Assembly (NCBI GenBank): GCA_964016885.1
Contig: OZ024743.1
Span: 54,188,001-54,252,000, forward strand
Length of the DNA: 64,000 bases
Origin: Eledone cirrhosa
Taxonomy: Eukaryota
Direction of reading: 5' to 3'
Shown in pieces: positions 51,022 to 64,000 of the stretch. The notes beneath the pieces were generated by a model that was not told the DNA's origin, did no database searches, and saw only the letters and a list, made by a program, of their open reading frames with translations. The translations under genes were made by a program, and so were the position numbers. Numbering within the stretch: the stretch's first letter is position 1; every line of letters begins with the position of its first letter.

Positions 51022-54000
51022 ATCAATTGAGAGTTGGCTGTTTGAACGCGCGTGGCCTGGGCTCAGCTTGGAAGCAAGCAAAGCTTCTAAGTGACCTCAG
51101 GTCACAAAGTATAGATGTGATGGTTGTTTGCGAGAGTCGGATCAGCAGCGTGAGACAGCTGGCGCCCGCCTTCGATGACTTTGAGATGCACGCATCTCTC
51201 TGTCAACCCGGAGGCGGGGGGGGGGGGGAGTTGCCGTACTGCTGGATAAACGTCTGACTCTCGACGTACAGATTGTTCACTTGGACCCGGGGGGTCGATT
51301 ACTGGTGCTGGACGTCGGAGGCGGTGAAGGCGGGGCTTTCAGACTGGTCGGTCTTTATGCTCCCTTCGGGGCGGAAAGAGCCGACTTCTTCCAGCGTCTG
51401 GAGACTTTTATAGGAACGTCGCGTTCCCTGCTTTTAGTGGGGGACTGGAATGGAATCCTAGATGCGCGTTGGGACTATGCAGGGGCATGTCCCGATAGAG
51501 GGGGGTGTAGCAGCCTCAAGGGGTTACTCGATCGATTCGACCTGGTCGATAGATTTCGACTAGATTGTCCAACTGCGCCAACCTGGACCTGGGCAAACCG
51601 CAGTGGACAATCTAGATCGTACCTAGATAGGTTTTGGTTAGGAGTAAGGATAGGGACGTATTTAGTTGTCCAGAACTGATCATGGTTGGCTATTCAGATC
51701 ACAAATTAGTGACTTGCGTGGTCAACCTTGATAGAACGCATAGACAGGGTCCCGGTTACTGGAAGATGAACTTGTCCTTACCGACAAAGAAAGATTACAG
51801 AAACCGGATTAGTAGCTTAGTTAAGATGCGGTTGACGGGAGCGATCGTCAACAGTAGGTGGTGGATATCTCTAAAGAGAGAGATTAGAGTAAGTTCGATA
51901 GGTTACAGTAAGGAACTAGCGGCGAATAGAAATAGGAGGGAAAGGGAGTTAACAGATAAACTAGAAGAGGCGATTAGGAGCGGAGACGTAGCCAGAGTGT
52001 TAGCGACGAGAACGGCATTGAGCCAGTTCTTTGACGCGAAGCACGAAGGCTGCGTTGTCCGAAGTAAAATACGTGCTTTAGGAAACGAGGGGACCAAAGC
52101 TGTTAGCTGGGCCCGCGTGACAGAAGCCAAGAGTGGGATTAAATCCACCATTCGGTCTTTGCGAGACCAGGATGGACGGGTGATCCTTGAACCTGAGCGA
52201 ATGTGCGAGACCTTTCAAAGGCACTTTGCTCGACTGTTCGGAGGTGGCGGGGGGCCGGACGGGGATGTGGACTTCGGTCCATACCTCGACGGTCTACCGC
52301 GTCTTTCGAGCGGCGAAGCGGAGTGCTGCGAAAGGCCAATCACAGCCACTGAAATCGGGGAAGCGCTCAGCCAATGCAGCAGACGCAAATCCCCGGGTCT
52401 CGATGGTCTACCATACGAACTTTATTTAGCTATGCCGGTCTTGTTCTCCGAACTCCTCGAGGCTGTCTATTGCAACTGGCAACAGAACGGGAGAATTCCC
52501 TGTTCTGTGACCAAGGGCGTGGTCACGCTAGTGAGGAAGGACGAGAGCAAGGGGGACGACTTAAGTAACTTTAGGCCCATAACTCTGCTGAATGCAGAGT
52601 TACAGATTTTGGCCAAGGTGTTGGCGAAGAGGTTGGCGCTTGTGGTGGGTGGTTTGGTGGGAGACGCGCAGACATGCGCTATCCCGTCCAGGTCCATTCA
52701 CGACAACCTCCACCTCATGCGATACATCATAGAGAGGGTTGGCTACGAACCCGGCTTTGGTGGGGCCCTGATCAACTTGGATCAATCTAAGGCGTTCGAT
52801 AGGGTCGACCATGGTTACCTGGATGCGGTGCTAGCGGCGGCGGGCTTCGGACCCGTTTTCAGGGGCTGGATTTCTGCCATGCACAGTGGCAACATCTACT
52901 CTAGGATTAAAGTAAACGGCTACCTCTCGGAGCCGTTTCAAATCACCCGATCCATCAGACAGGGGTGCCCCCTCTCCTCCCTTCTGTACGTATTGACTCT
53001 CGAGCCACTGCTGCGGAAGTTGGAGTTGCTGCGGGGCATACCCCTGGAACCGGGATTGCACAAAGCGGTCTCGGCCTATGCCGACGACGTAACAGTAATG
53101 GTGGCGGACGCCTCGGAAATCGGGGCGATCGCCACCCTACTGGAGGAATACGAAAGGCTGACGGGGGCTAAGCTGAACCAGGACAAGTCAGTCGGTTTGC
53201 AACTCGGAACGTGGAGGGGCAAACCGATGCCGTTAGACGGTGTCGTCGGGCGGTGGACGGAGGGCCCGGTGAAGCTGCTCGGGGTCTGGTTCGGACCGGA
53301 CCTCCAGGTGGAGAAGAATTGGGGCGAGGTGACGAGCAGGGTGTTTGCGCTGACCCAGAAGTGGGCCAAGTGCAAACTATCACTGAAAGGTCGGGCGGAG
53401 GTGACGAACGCTTACATAGCGTCCGTCATCTACTACCGCCTGACCGTCGTGCCTTGCCCCAAGGAAAAGCTCACCATCATGGAACGCATGCTCTTCCAGT
53501 TCCTCTGGAAGAAGCGGCCTCCCATGGTGAGGAGATCCATCTGCTGCCAGCACCCTTCGAAAGGAGGGCTGGGTATGCCGTGGCTGTTGATGCGTAGGCA
53601 CGCATTGAGGCTACAGCATCTACAGGTATTCCTCAACGGTCAGCCGGTGTGGGCCCCGTTTGTGAGGCGAGCCTTCCCACAGCTCGTCTCGCTCACCGAA
53701 CTGCAATCCTGGGTGAAGCAAAGACCGAGAAAACTGGGCAACTGGCACACCGAGTGTGCCCAGGCGCTCACGGCTATTTGGCAAGCGGACCCGACTGTCA
53801 GTGGAGAATCCACCTCGACATTCTATAGAGGGTTGGTGGCTAGCAGGGGCGACGACACCCTTGGAGAGTCGCTAGGCATGGAGGAGGACGAACTGGCCAG
53901 CCTGTTCGGTAGAACTTTCGGCCCGGGACCCATGGACAACTTCCAGAGGTCCCTAGCCTGGCAGTGTTACCGGGGGGCTCTGCCCGTTCGAGAAAAGCTC

Positions 54001-54459
54001 TACAGACACGGGCGCCCGGGCAGGGATCCCGCGAAAAAGATCTGTCCCAGATGCGTGCGCGACGAGGAAACCGTTGCGCATGCACTGGTACACTGCCCGG
54101 GCGTTGCCGATCTGTGGGGCTACGTCGAACGACTGCTGTCGCGTGTGGCGCCGATTCGATTAACCGCCGAGTCTGTGGTGAACATCAAGCCGCCTCCTCC
54201 CTTCAGAAATGAAGCAGAGGCGGTCTTTCTGTGCGTAATAGCCATGATGAAAGAGGTTGTGTGGTGGACGCGCCTGAAAGGTCTGAGGTCGGGTGACTTT
54301 CTCTCCGGCCATCACCTGGTTTACTTCTTCCGATACCACTTCGGAAGAAGAATCAGGATGGAGAGAGAAGTGCTTGGTCCCAGACAGTTTTATGAAAGGT
54401 GGGTGAAAGAAGCGAGAATGGCCCGTGTAAATGGGCCTTCTCTCTACATTGTTCTGTAG
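51018..54459 (+). pseudogene. LINE ORF2 (APE endonuclease, reverse transcriptase, CCHC) with two frameshifts and an ATA start
   Basis: Motifs GCLNARGL, GDWN, YLDR, SDH; KSPGLDG, FRPITLLN, DQSKAFDRV, RQGCPLS, YADD; CPRC..EETVAHALVHC. Frameshifts fall in G runs at 51216-51228 and ~51630. 51634-54459 is open. Confidence 0.92.
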
Positions 54460-54689
54460 GTGAAGAAGTGAAGAGGAAAGGGGGAGCGCCTCCTCTCTGG
54501 GCTTCCCCCGCGAAAAGAGTTGCACACTTTTCGGGGGTATGTGCAATCCCCAACACGCCCCCTCCCTTTTGAGGACTTTTATTGTTATATTATTATTGTT
54601 ATTCCTTTTTTCTTTACTCGATTTATGTAAACTCCCCCACTGTGTAAATGTCCCCTTCTTTTGTGCCCTCGTGGCAAATAAATAGAAAT

Positions 54690-54742
<53 letters not shown>

Positions 54743-54862
54743 AGTCTATCTGTCCATCTCATTCTCCCGCAGTCAATCTGTCTCTCTATTCCATCTTAAC
54801 TCTCTCTTTCTCTCCCTTTTCTCTTATTGCCATCTTATTTATCTTCTCTCTCTCTCTCTCTC

Positions 54863-54908
<46 letters not shown>

Positions 54909-55544
54909 CTCAGTATGTCAATCTCTATCCACAGTCCCCCTCACTACTCTTCGGACTCTGTCTCTCTCCCCTCTTACTTCTGCCTACCTTATATTTCATC
55001 ACTTACTAACCCCCACTACTCTACCCTCTCCTACATTGATTTCCTTCTTGTGTTTATGTTTCTTATCGTTCTATCCATTTCAACATTCGTCTTGTCTTAC
55101 AGAGGCTCTCGCACATATACACTCATATACATATACACATACACGCATATACATACACACATACACTCACATACTTACACACATACTTACAGATATACAT
55201 ACACTTATATGCACATGCAATCAAAATACAGACACCCTCACAAATCACGCGTCATTGCCTCTTCACGCTATACACACATATGTACACGCTATCCACACAC
55301 ACACGCACACACACACACACATATATACACACAGACATTTATGTTCATCGACGCCCCGAACCATTTACTTCTGTCATCATCATCATTAACAACACTACTA
55401 CAATCACCACTATGATTATTACCACCAACATCACAACCACCATCACCGTTACCAACTTGACCCCCACCTCGCGAGAATCGTTAGCGTCTCCGTTGTAAAA
55501 CACATATACACACACATACATACATACGTAACGTACACACACAC

Positions 55545-55629
<85 letters not shown>

Positions 55630-56419
55630 ACACACACACACACACGTAAACACACACCATACACAGAAGATAAAACGAAAGATATGACATTCTCGCGTGA
55701 GTCGTGACGTGACTTACTGATATAGAAATTCTCTGCTAGGAGTGTGGAGTGGTGGGCTGGAGATAGGGTTAATGGAGGAGTGTAGCAACTAATGTAGGGT
55801 TAGGGAGGGTTCGAGGTTCTCACAGAGCCTCTCTCCTTCCCCTGTATTAAATCCGACCCTTAATGCTACCCATAAATCCGAGAGAAGCTATTCCCTATGT
55901 CGATGATATCACTCGACTGTCATCAATCGTAGTTTTAAAGACAGATTTAGTTTTGATCAACTGTTAAACAATGATTAATTAAAATCCGAATGTAGCCTGA
56001 ATGATTTATGTCAAATGAACTTCCCATATAATGTTAACACCCAAGAGACCCTTTTACAGAGTTTTTGTTGTTGTTGTTTTTAATTCCTACCGTAGATTGA
56101 TTTGATAAAAAGAAAATCCACGTCAACAGTAATAATAATGATGATGATGATGACGATGATGATGAAGATAATAACAATAATAACAATAATAATAGTAACA
56201 AAAACAGTAGCAGCTTTGTATATCAACAACAAGGCGAAAGAAAATGAGATGTTAACTACTTAAAGAGTCCGCCAGCTTCTATATTAACGTTACCTATTTA
56301 CATAATGTAATCTAGGGTTTACCAAACGCAGTTACCCACAAACGCTTAGTGCTCATCTAAGTCATTTATACACATCATGCTAGATTACGTTAAATTTAAG
56401 ATGTCATGAGTTGCTTGTA

Positions 56420-56850
56420 ATTGTGTAGCCCCAGGCCAGACCTGGTCGTGTAGACATATAGCAACCTACTGTAATTGTGAAGCCTCAGGTCTACCCTGAT
56501 CAAGCAATATCTATAACGACACACAATAACTGTCTAGCCCCTGACAAGCCTTGATCCAGCAGAAATATGACTATCCACATGGGTGGCATAGCTCCATGAT
56601 CAAGCAGATCTATAACGATACACAGTAGTTGTATAGTATCAGGTCAGCTCTTGATCGTGTAGATATGTAGCCACCCAGAGTGTAGCCCCAAGTCAGCACT
56701 GGTTGGGAAATTTTCTGCCGACCCACATTATAGCCACAGATCATCCACGAGTGAGTAGATCTCTATCAACTCACAGTAGTTGTATATCCTCAGGTTAACA
56801 TTGATCTTGCAGTTCTATGATGACCTTTAGTGTAGCCCTAGGTCAGCGTC
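56420..56850. repeat. Diverged ~45-60 bp tandem repeat
   Basis: Recurrent tgtagcccc.gg.cag..c.tgatc.agcaga..tat motif. Confidence 0.65.
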
Positions 56851-56899
56851 GTAATCTCGTTTCCTCTTCTAAATCACACTCTGAGGTCTTAAAACATTG

Positions 56900-57150
56900 A
56901 ATGTTCATGGCTTCTTCTTCAGTCATCCCTCCATTGAAGGTGAAGTAGACACAACGTTCTTGTTTTAGACGTTTCGACCCCTCATTGCAGCAAGAAGATC
57001 CTGTCCAGTAAGGCCAGTGTCCCTCGCCTACAGACTCTTGGCGGTTATGTTTGGACGTCCCACTTGGTGCATTGTATCTGATGACCAGAGAAGCAGTTTC
57101 CTTGCATACTTATCATGGCGGAAAACATGACCAGCAAGAGCCAAGATCAA
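56900..57150 (-). mobile_element. RTE-like LINE 3' fragment
   Basis: The - strand translates to LALAGHVFRHDKYARKLLLW...VGRP. Confidence 0.55.
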
Positions 57151-59357
57151 CTGGATCAGGGCTGACCTGTATCTAAGTCATAGCCACAAACACAACAGCA
57201 ACAACAACACATAATACACACTGCTACACGAGAGTATCTCTATGTATTTGAATCGCTATACCTATAAACTCTTTGTAGTTACTGGGGGAAATGTGAAGCT
57301 GTGTTGGCTTAATAATTAGGGTGTTCGGTTCATGATCGTTGAGAGTTCCATTCCCAGAGACAAGTTGTGTTTTTGAGCAAGACAATTTATTTCACGTTGC
57401 TGCAGTCCGGTCAGCTGGAAAATAAAGATGTAGTAGATGTAATTGGAATAGCCAGTCTTATCACACACAGATCAGGCTGAATCTACCTTAGAATTACGTT
57501 AATGCTGCACATGTTTGTAGAATGAAGAGCAAATTGCCTGGAAAAAATAGCTATGTCTGTAATCCGATGCATTAGCCTTGTCACACAATGTGTCATGCTA
57601 AATCTCCCCGAGAACTACATTAAATGTACACGTGTCTGTGGAATATCCATCCACTTGTATGTTAATTACCTACAGATCCAACAACAACAACAGATAAGAT
57701 TAGTAAAACTATTATTTTAAATTCAGCGGTATTTTGAAGCTATTTTGTTGATTGTATTATGGACTATATTAGCATGGGATAGGCTTAATTCAATTTTTTT
57801 TAATCACATGTCAAGAGCAAGCATGGCTATGTGGTTAAGGAGTTCACTTCGCAACACTGTGTTTACGGTTTCAGTTTCGCTGTACCTCAGCTAGTGTGTG
57901 TGTCTCAGACTGACAAATGCTTTTGAAATGGAATTTGGTAGATGGAAACTGCAAAAGATCTATCATTTTCTCACAGTTTGGCAGATTGTTTCTTGTGTAA
58001 GTTAAACATTTCTTTTATGTATTCGTTATTTGATTCTATATTTGCTACTCTGTCCTTGTGTATAAATGTTTTAAATTAATCGAAAGATTTTTGGCGAGTA
58101 ATCCAGTGTTTATAGCCCCCACAAATGTGTTATCTCAAAAGCGGTCTTCCTCTATTTTTGGAGTTCACGTGTCATGACAGCACTGTACTGCTAGAATTGG
58201 CGAGGCTAGTGTTGAGTATGGACGTGTTCAACTGAAGACCACTATGTTTGGATGGGATTGTCATGCTGATGAAGTGCAGCTTAGCCCGGTTGCATAATAT
58301 CTGCTGACATTAGACAATTCTCTGCATATAACACTTTTAATAAAAACTTTTATAGGCAAAATGTTGCGCAAAAACGGATCTATCCAGGATTATCTTCACC
58401 CAAGCACTACCATCTTACTTACTAAGCAACTGTAAATGTGTACTCTGACAACTGGTTTGCATTTACTCACGGTTCGAGAAAAATGTATCGATAAAATCAA
58501 TACCAAAATATTTACTGGGGTCGCCATGATCGACTAAATTCCTAAATAAATGAGTATGGGCCTGGTTGTTATCATTGAGTAATTTAAAAACTCAATAAGA
58601 TGATGACATTTTAACAGCAATTTAAAAAAAAAAGAAAAAATGGCCTTTATCTCCTGATGCTGTAGGAGCGTTGCCTTCACAAATTACGTGTCTTGGACAA
58701 TAAGAAGTTGGTGGATCCCATTCCTCTTCAGGTCAAAACCCAGCTGATTTATTCTACAAGGAGAGAGAGAGCGGGGGAGCGAGAAAGGGTGAGAGAGATA
58801 GGGTGGAAAGAAAAATCGACCTTAGAGTTTGACAGGTATTTTATGTATAGACCTGGAAAAGATGAAAAGTAGATTTGAACGTGGCAAGATTTAAACTCGA
58901 GGCGCAGTGAGCCATAACGTAAACAGAAGCCTTTATAATCGGATGCTCTAAATACGCTGAAAATTTTCCGCCACTAACAACACCTGTTGATAAAGAATAA
59001 CAGAAAACATACAAGATTCATATATTGACATTTTTCGTTAGGGTATGATTTCCCAAACATATATATCTTGCAACCGTAAACAACGCCAAAGCTACTATCG
59101 CCATTTTGCATTTTAGTAGCAACGATACCAGAATTCTTGCAGTAAATAGCATTCTGACTTGTTTCACTGTTTTATGTGAGTAGGTTTCCTTTATCGACTG
59201 GTGTCTTTTAATGAGGTTATCACAAATGGTTTATGTGTTTCCAGTGATATAACTAAGATATCTAACTATTTGCTTGTACCTCTTATCTTTTCCCCGATAT
59301 CAATATAATCTATCTGTCCGTCTATCTACCTATCTATCATTCATTCTCTCTCTCTCC

Positions 59358-59463
<106 letters not shown>

Positions 59464-60016
59464 CTATGTATGTCTGATTGTACGTATATATATGTATTTA
59501 CGAAACTGCTTACATAGCAACTTGTGTATAATCTATTAGTTACGAGATGGGTCTAGCTATTTGTTAGACTGTTGCCCTTCATCTGTCGTTTTCTATATAT
59601 CGACAAGCGCATATTGATATAATATTAAGAAATACACACACACACAAACACACACACAAACACATACATACACGTTATCTCATAAATTGTGTTATACATA
59701 TTTAATAATATTCTCTCGCGTTTGTAAATTCAATTCCAAATAAGTATCTACATATGTATGTATGGTCATGTGGTTTAGGGGTTTGCATCGCAACCACGTG
59801 GATTCTGTTGCAGTAACATTGCATGGCACTTTCTTTACGTAACACATATGGTATATTAACAAATATGTAAGTGTACATCCTCTTTGATTATCAGTCACGA
59901 TATGACATGTAAACAAATGGGAATTCATTTTGTTATTCATACACGGGGAAAGCTTTATATATATATATATATATACACTAATATGTATATATATATATGT
60001 GTGTGTAAGTATACAA

Positions 60017-60098
<82 letters not shown>

Positions 60099-60529
60099 GT
60101 GTGTGTGTGTGTATATACTTACACACACATATATATATATGTATATACATGTATATATACATATTAGTATCAGTGCCGAGAATAAGTAAGTGACATAGTC
60201 ACTACTTTAAAATTCATAGCGAATGTTCTTCAAAATGCCTTTAAATAAACATACAGTATATTATCAAATATACTATACATACATTCATATATATATTTAT
60301 ATAGTCCGGGAACCTTATAGGCACCCGTTTTACGTGTGTTGTGTTGAGGCAAATAACTATGTGTATACTCTGGTAATGTATCTTACATTGCCCATTGAGT
60401 GCGCTGAGATACAACCGGTACGGGCATTGATAAATATGCTGGGTCCGTCAACCCTTATTATATATATATAGGAAAAAGTATGACCCCCGACGGCAGAGCT
60501 CAAGCCGTTTCGATGGTTGTTCATATATT

Positions 60530-60572
60530 GTCAAAGTTCTTTCGTCACACATTATGTGACCTCTTCAGTGAC
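60530..60572 (-). ncRNA. Minimal type I hammerhead ribozyme
   Basis: On the - strand: gtca CTGAAGA g-gtcaca-taatg-tgtgac GAA AG aa CT T tgac. Lies in a ~185-bp insert between (TA)n tracts. Confidence 0.7.
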
Positions 60573-60702
60573 TGGGATTCTTTTCTTTGTTTTTGTGCCT
60601 GTCCTTTTTTCTGTCCTACGCCATCTTGTTTTTGTTGCTAAACAAATTCAGAAACGATATATATATTATATATATATATATGTGGGTGTGTATGTATGTA
60701 TG

Positions 60703-61812
60703 TTTTCTCTTTCTCTTAATTTCGAGTATATTTTTTTGACCGGCCACCTTCCTGGTGGCAAGGTTGTAAAAGAAAAGAAATTGTCATCCCTTGAATCGCA
60801 AGAATGTTTTGCAAATTTTGAAGGTGCCAGCTATCGCAGCCATTTGTAGACTATGAATTAGGGAGCTGCGCTTTTTGTCCGCAAATCCAAGTTCAGTCAT
60901 ACTTTGGTCCAAGCGGGTTGGTATATAACCCGTAGCACCAATAATGATGGGTATGAAGCTAAAGGTGTATCTTGGATACTGGATTTGTAAACTCCTCATC
61001 AATGGTCCGTAGATGTCCTCCTTCTCCTTTATTTTTCTGACAACGTTTACATCAAGTGGGCAGCTGATCTCCACAACAGAACACGTTTTCAATGTGTGGT
61101 CCCAAACTACAATATCAGGCAGGTTGTGCTTTAATTTGGTGGCAGTTTTTATTTTCAGGTTCCACCAGTATTCCTTAGTGCCATCTGTCTCAATATATTC
61201 TTCCTCGTTTGTTGTTAATTTTGTTTTCCGAAGTGCGTTCCAGATGGTTCTAGCTATCCCATCGTGTCTCATGGGGAGGTAGTAGCGAGATGACATTCTT
61301 TCGCAGCTGGCAACAATGTGGCTTACATCCTCGATCTTTGTTTTACATAGCCTACATTTATTGTCAGCTGCTGGCCCTCCTCTTTTGTGCAGCAGATATT
61401 TGGTAGGGAGTTCTTGTTCCTGTATTGCATAGAGATATCCCTCAAGGTGTGATGTCATAAACTTGTCGGAACTCCATGCCAGGCTTTTTGAGTGGTTTAT
61501 CCCCTCTATGGTCTGTGTTTTACGCCTCAAGTATCCATGCACAACTTTTTCTGTAAATTGGTCAATTTTTTTATCTTGTTTGAACATTGAATAGGATCTT
61601 CCGATTTCTCTGGGTGAGAGATTTATATCAGGCTTTATTCCATATCTCTCCTCCAGATCAGTCGCTATTCTAATGATATTTCTTTTTTCATGGTCATAAA
61701 CCTGGGCAAGATGGTTGCCAACCTTTTTCCTCTGTTGAAGGTGTTGCTTCAGTGTCACTATCCGGGTCTCATATGTTGTTAATATTGATTTTAGACCCCG
61801 GCCACCTTCCTT
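60703..61812 (-). mobile_element. 5'-truncated R4/Dong-type non-LTR retrotransposon (RLE endonuclease)
   Basis: Open frame KEGGRGL...AIQEQEL..CRLCKTKIEDVSHIVASC..RHD..PDIVVWD..EISCP..KEKEDIY, stop at 60784. (TATG)n on both sides. Confidence 0.9.
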
Positions 61813-61899
61813 GTATGTATGTATGTATGTATGTATGTATGTATGTATGTATGTATGTATGTATGTATGTATGTATGTATGTATGTATGTATGTATATA

Positions 61900-64000
61900 G
61901 ATCGCGCAGTTAAACCACCGGGAGTGAAGAATCCCTAGCCCTTGTCAGGGTATTCTTCTAGGAGAAGGCAACTCAGGAACCTGTGTTAACTCCGACATAA
62001 AACCAGCGGCTCAGTAGTTACCGATGATGTTGATCTTTTCTTCTTTTCGGGTTATAGCTACTGTCGCTCAGAGAGTAGGATTGGCTCAGTGCACAGTCTT
62101 TCCTCACTTTAAAAATATTCTTCACGCACAAGCATTGCACGATTGCATTAATTAATAATTATTAATAGTGTAGTATATAAGGTTAACTTTGCCTTTCATC
62201 CTTACAGGGTCGATAAAATAAAGTACCAGTAATGCACTGATAATTACTGGCCTTGTGCCAAAAATAGAAACAATTATTATTATTATTATTATTGTTACTA
62301 TTATTATTACTTGTTTTTTTCTTTTCCCAATTCAATGATGTTCCAAAACAATATAAAAGAGATAATTGTCAATAAGGGTTCTGGAACAAAAGAGATAATT
62401 GGCAATAAGAGCAGGGACCTCAGGTTATCACAGCCTGGGGCTGCTCGTCATCGTGCCACTGTAATAGAGCCAAACAAGGTATTTAGTCTTGGCTGCTGGA
62501 ACGTACGGACGCTGCTTGACAGAGATTCCTTGGAACGTCCTGAACGAAGGACCGCTCTTGTTGCAAAGGAGCTTTGACATAGTAGCTTTATCTGAGACGA
62601 GGTTAGCTGGAGATGGTCATCTTACAGAATTTTGTGGAGAATATACATTCTTCTGGAAAGGAAGAGATGAAGGAACCAGAAGAGAGGCTGGCGTAGCATT
62701 TGCTGTTAAGACTGTTCTTGTGAATAAATTAGAAGAATTCCAGTAGGGATTAGTGAGCGACTTATGAGAATTCCGCTGGACAAAGGAAGATATGCGACCC
62801 TGGTGAGTGTGTATGCTCCAACTATGAATTCTGTCGATGAAGAAAAAAAATGTCCTTTTACCATGCCTTGAAAGGTGTTTTAAGAAATATCCCTCAAGCC
62901 CACAAAGTAATCGTGCTTGGTGACTTTAATGCTAGAGTGGGTAAGGATTTTAATACATGGAATGTAATCGGAAGGCATGGGGTGGGAAAGTGCAACAACA
63001 ATGATATGCTCCTGCTGCAGATGTGTTGGAACACCATGTTCCAACAAAAGAACAAATTTAAGACTACATGGATGCATCCTGCATCTAAGGAATGGCATCT
63101 TTGGACTACGTTCTAGTCAGGATGCGTGACATGTGCAGTGTGTTCGTGCTCTTCGTGGAGCTGAGCGCTGGACGGACCACCGCCTGGTACGCGCAAAAGT
63201 GAAACTAATCACTAAACGTAAAATCCGGGCTCCTGGTGTTGCCCTGCCCAGAAGATTGAATGCTGCTCGTCTTAGGGATAAAAACGTGAAGAGGACATTG
63301 CGAGAAGAGATGCAGGTTGCAGATCTTGGTGAGGATTGGCCGACCCTTAAAAAGTCGGTTTATGATGTAGGCAGGCGTGTTCTGAGATTGGTGCAGTGAA
63401 AACATCAAGACTTGTTTAATGAGAATAATGAACATATAGAAGACTTGTTGGCTGATAAGAGGCGTGCTCTGTCACGCTACTTGGCGGCAAAACCACCGGA
63501 GAAGAATATGTTGCATAAGGAACTCAAGGATGTGAAATCACGTGTTAGGCGGAGTCTTTCTCAGATGAAGGATCAGTGGTGGAGTGAGAAGGCTGATGAG
63601 ATACAAACTGCGTCAGATTCCAATAACACAAAGCTGTTGAACAGTCTTTTTTCGTGAAGTTTATGGACCCTCTTCTTCTCTGGTGACACCGCTTCGCAGC
63701 AAGGATGGCAAAGAACTTTTTGTGACTCACAAGGAATTCTACGAAGGTGGCGAGAGCACTTTCATGAGCTTTTGAATCAGCCGTCTGTCGTCAATGAAGA
63801 TTTCCTCAATCTCATTCCAGAAAGTCCTGTGAAAGTAGCTCTCACAGAACCTCCGACACTTGTGGAGGTTGCAGTGGCTATCTCGAAGCTGAACAGTGGA
63901 AGGTCTCCAGGTATGGATGGCATACATGCAGAGCTCCTACAATATGGTGGTGAGAGACTCCTGCAACATCTTCACTCTTTGTTTGGCAGGATATGGGCTA
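61900..64000 (+). mobile_element. Decayed RTE (BovB-like) LINE 5' half, with a family-2 SINE fragment at ~62180-62275
   Basis: [52 protein letters not shown]; many frameshifts; runs off the window end. Confidence 0.92.

Larger units (their letters stand above)
48987..54690 (+). mobile_element. Apparently full-length L1/Tx1-clade LINE (copy C)
   Basis: 5' UTR, ORF1, ORF2 and 3' UTR with aataaa; (TATC)n on both sides (48880-48986, 54691-54742). Confidence 0.93.

Overview
Gene-poor, repeat-dominated animal genomic DNA. The SINE families, (TA)n density and LINE content suggest an octopus-like cephalopod, which is my inference. I can support no host protein-coding gene; the giant Cys/Val-rich and Ile/Tyr-rich ORFs in the track are artefacts of satellite and microsatellite sequence. 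Contents: (1) a ~23 kb array of a 78-82 bp satellite with kb-scale higher-order duplications (827-24150); (2) three copies of an L1/Tx1-clade LINE (one near-intact, one internally deleted, one 5'-truncated with an 18-bp TSD), all ending at TATC repeats; (3) decayed RTE LINEs, a bipartite RTE mini-element, and an R4/Dong-type RLE element sitting in (ATAC)n; (4) many tRNA-derived SINEs; (5) the main signal: at least 9 loci between 26 kb and 60.6 kb fold by eye into type I hammerhead ribozymes (stem I-CUGANGA-stem II-GAAA-stem III-NUH-stem I'). Most lie in short non-coding units in or beside (TA)n. Four are fold-back palindromes, three of which carry an intact core on both strands. One is a 466-bp direct-repeat unit resembling a retrozyme. 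One lies downstream of a decayed Penelope-like RT-thumb/GIY-YIG ORF, which points to Penelope-like elements as the source. All folds and alignments were done by eye and are untested.
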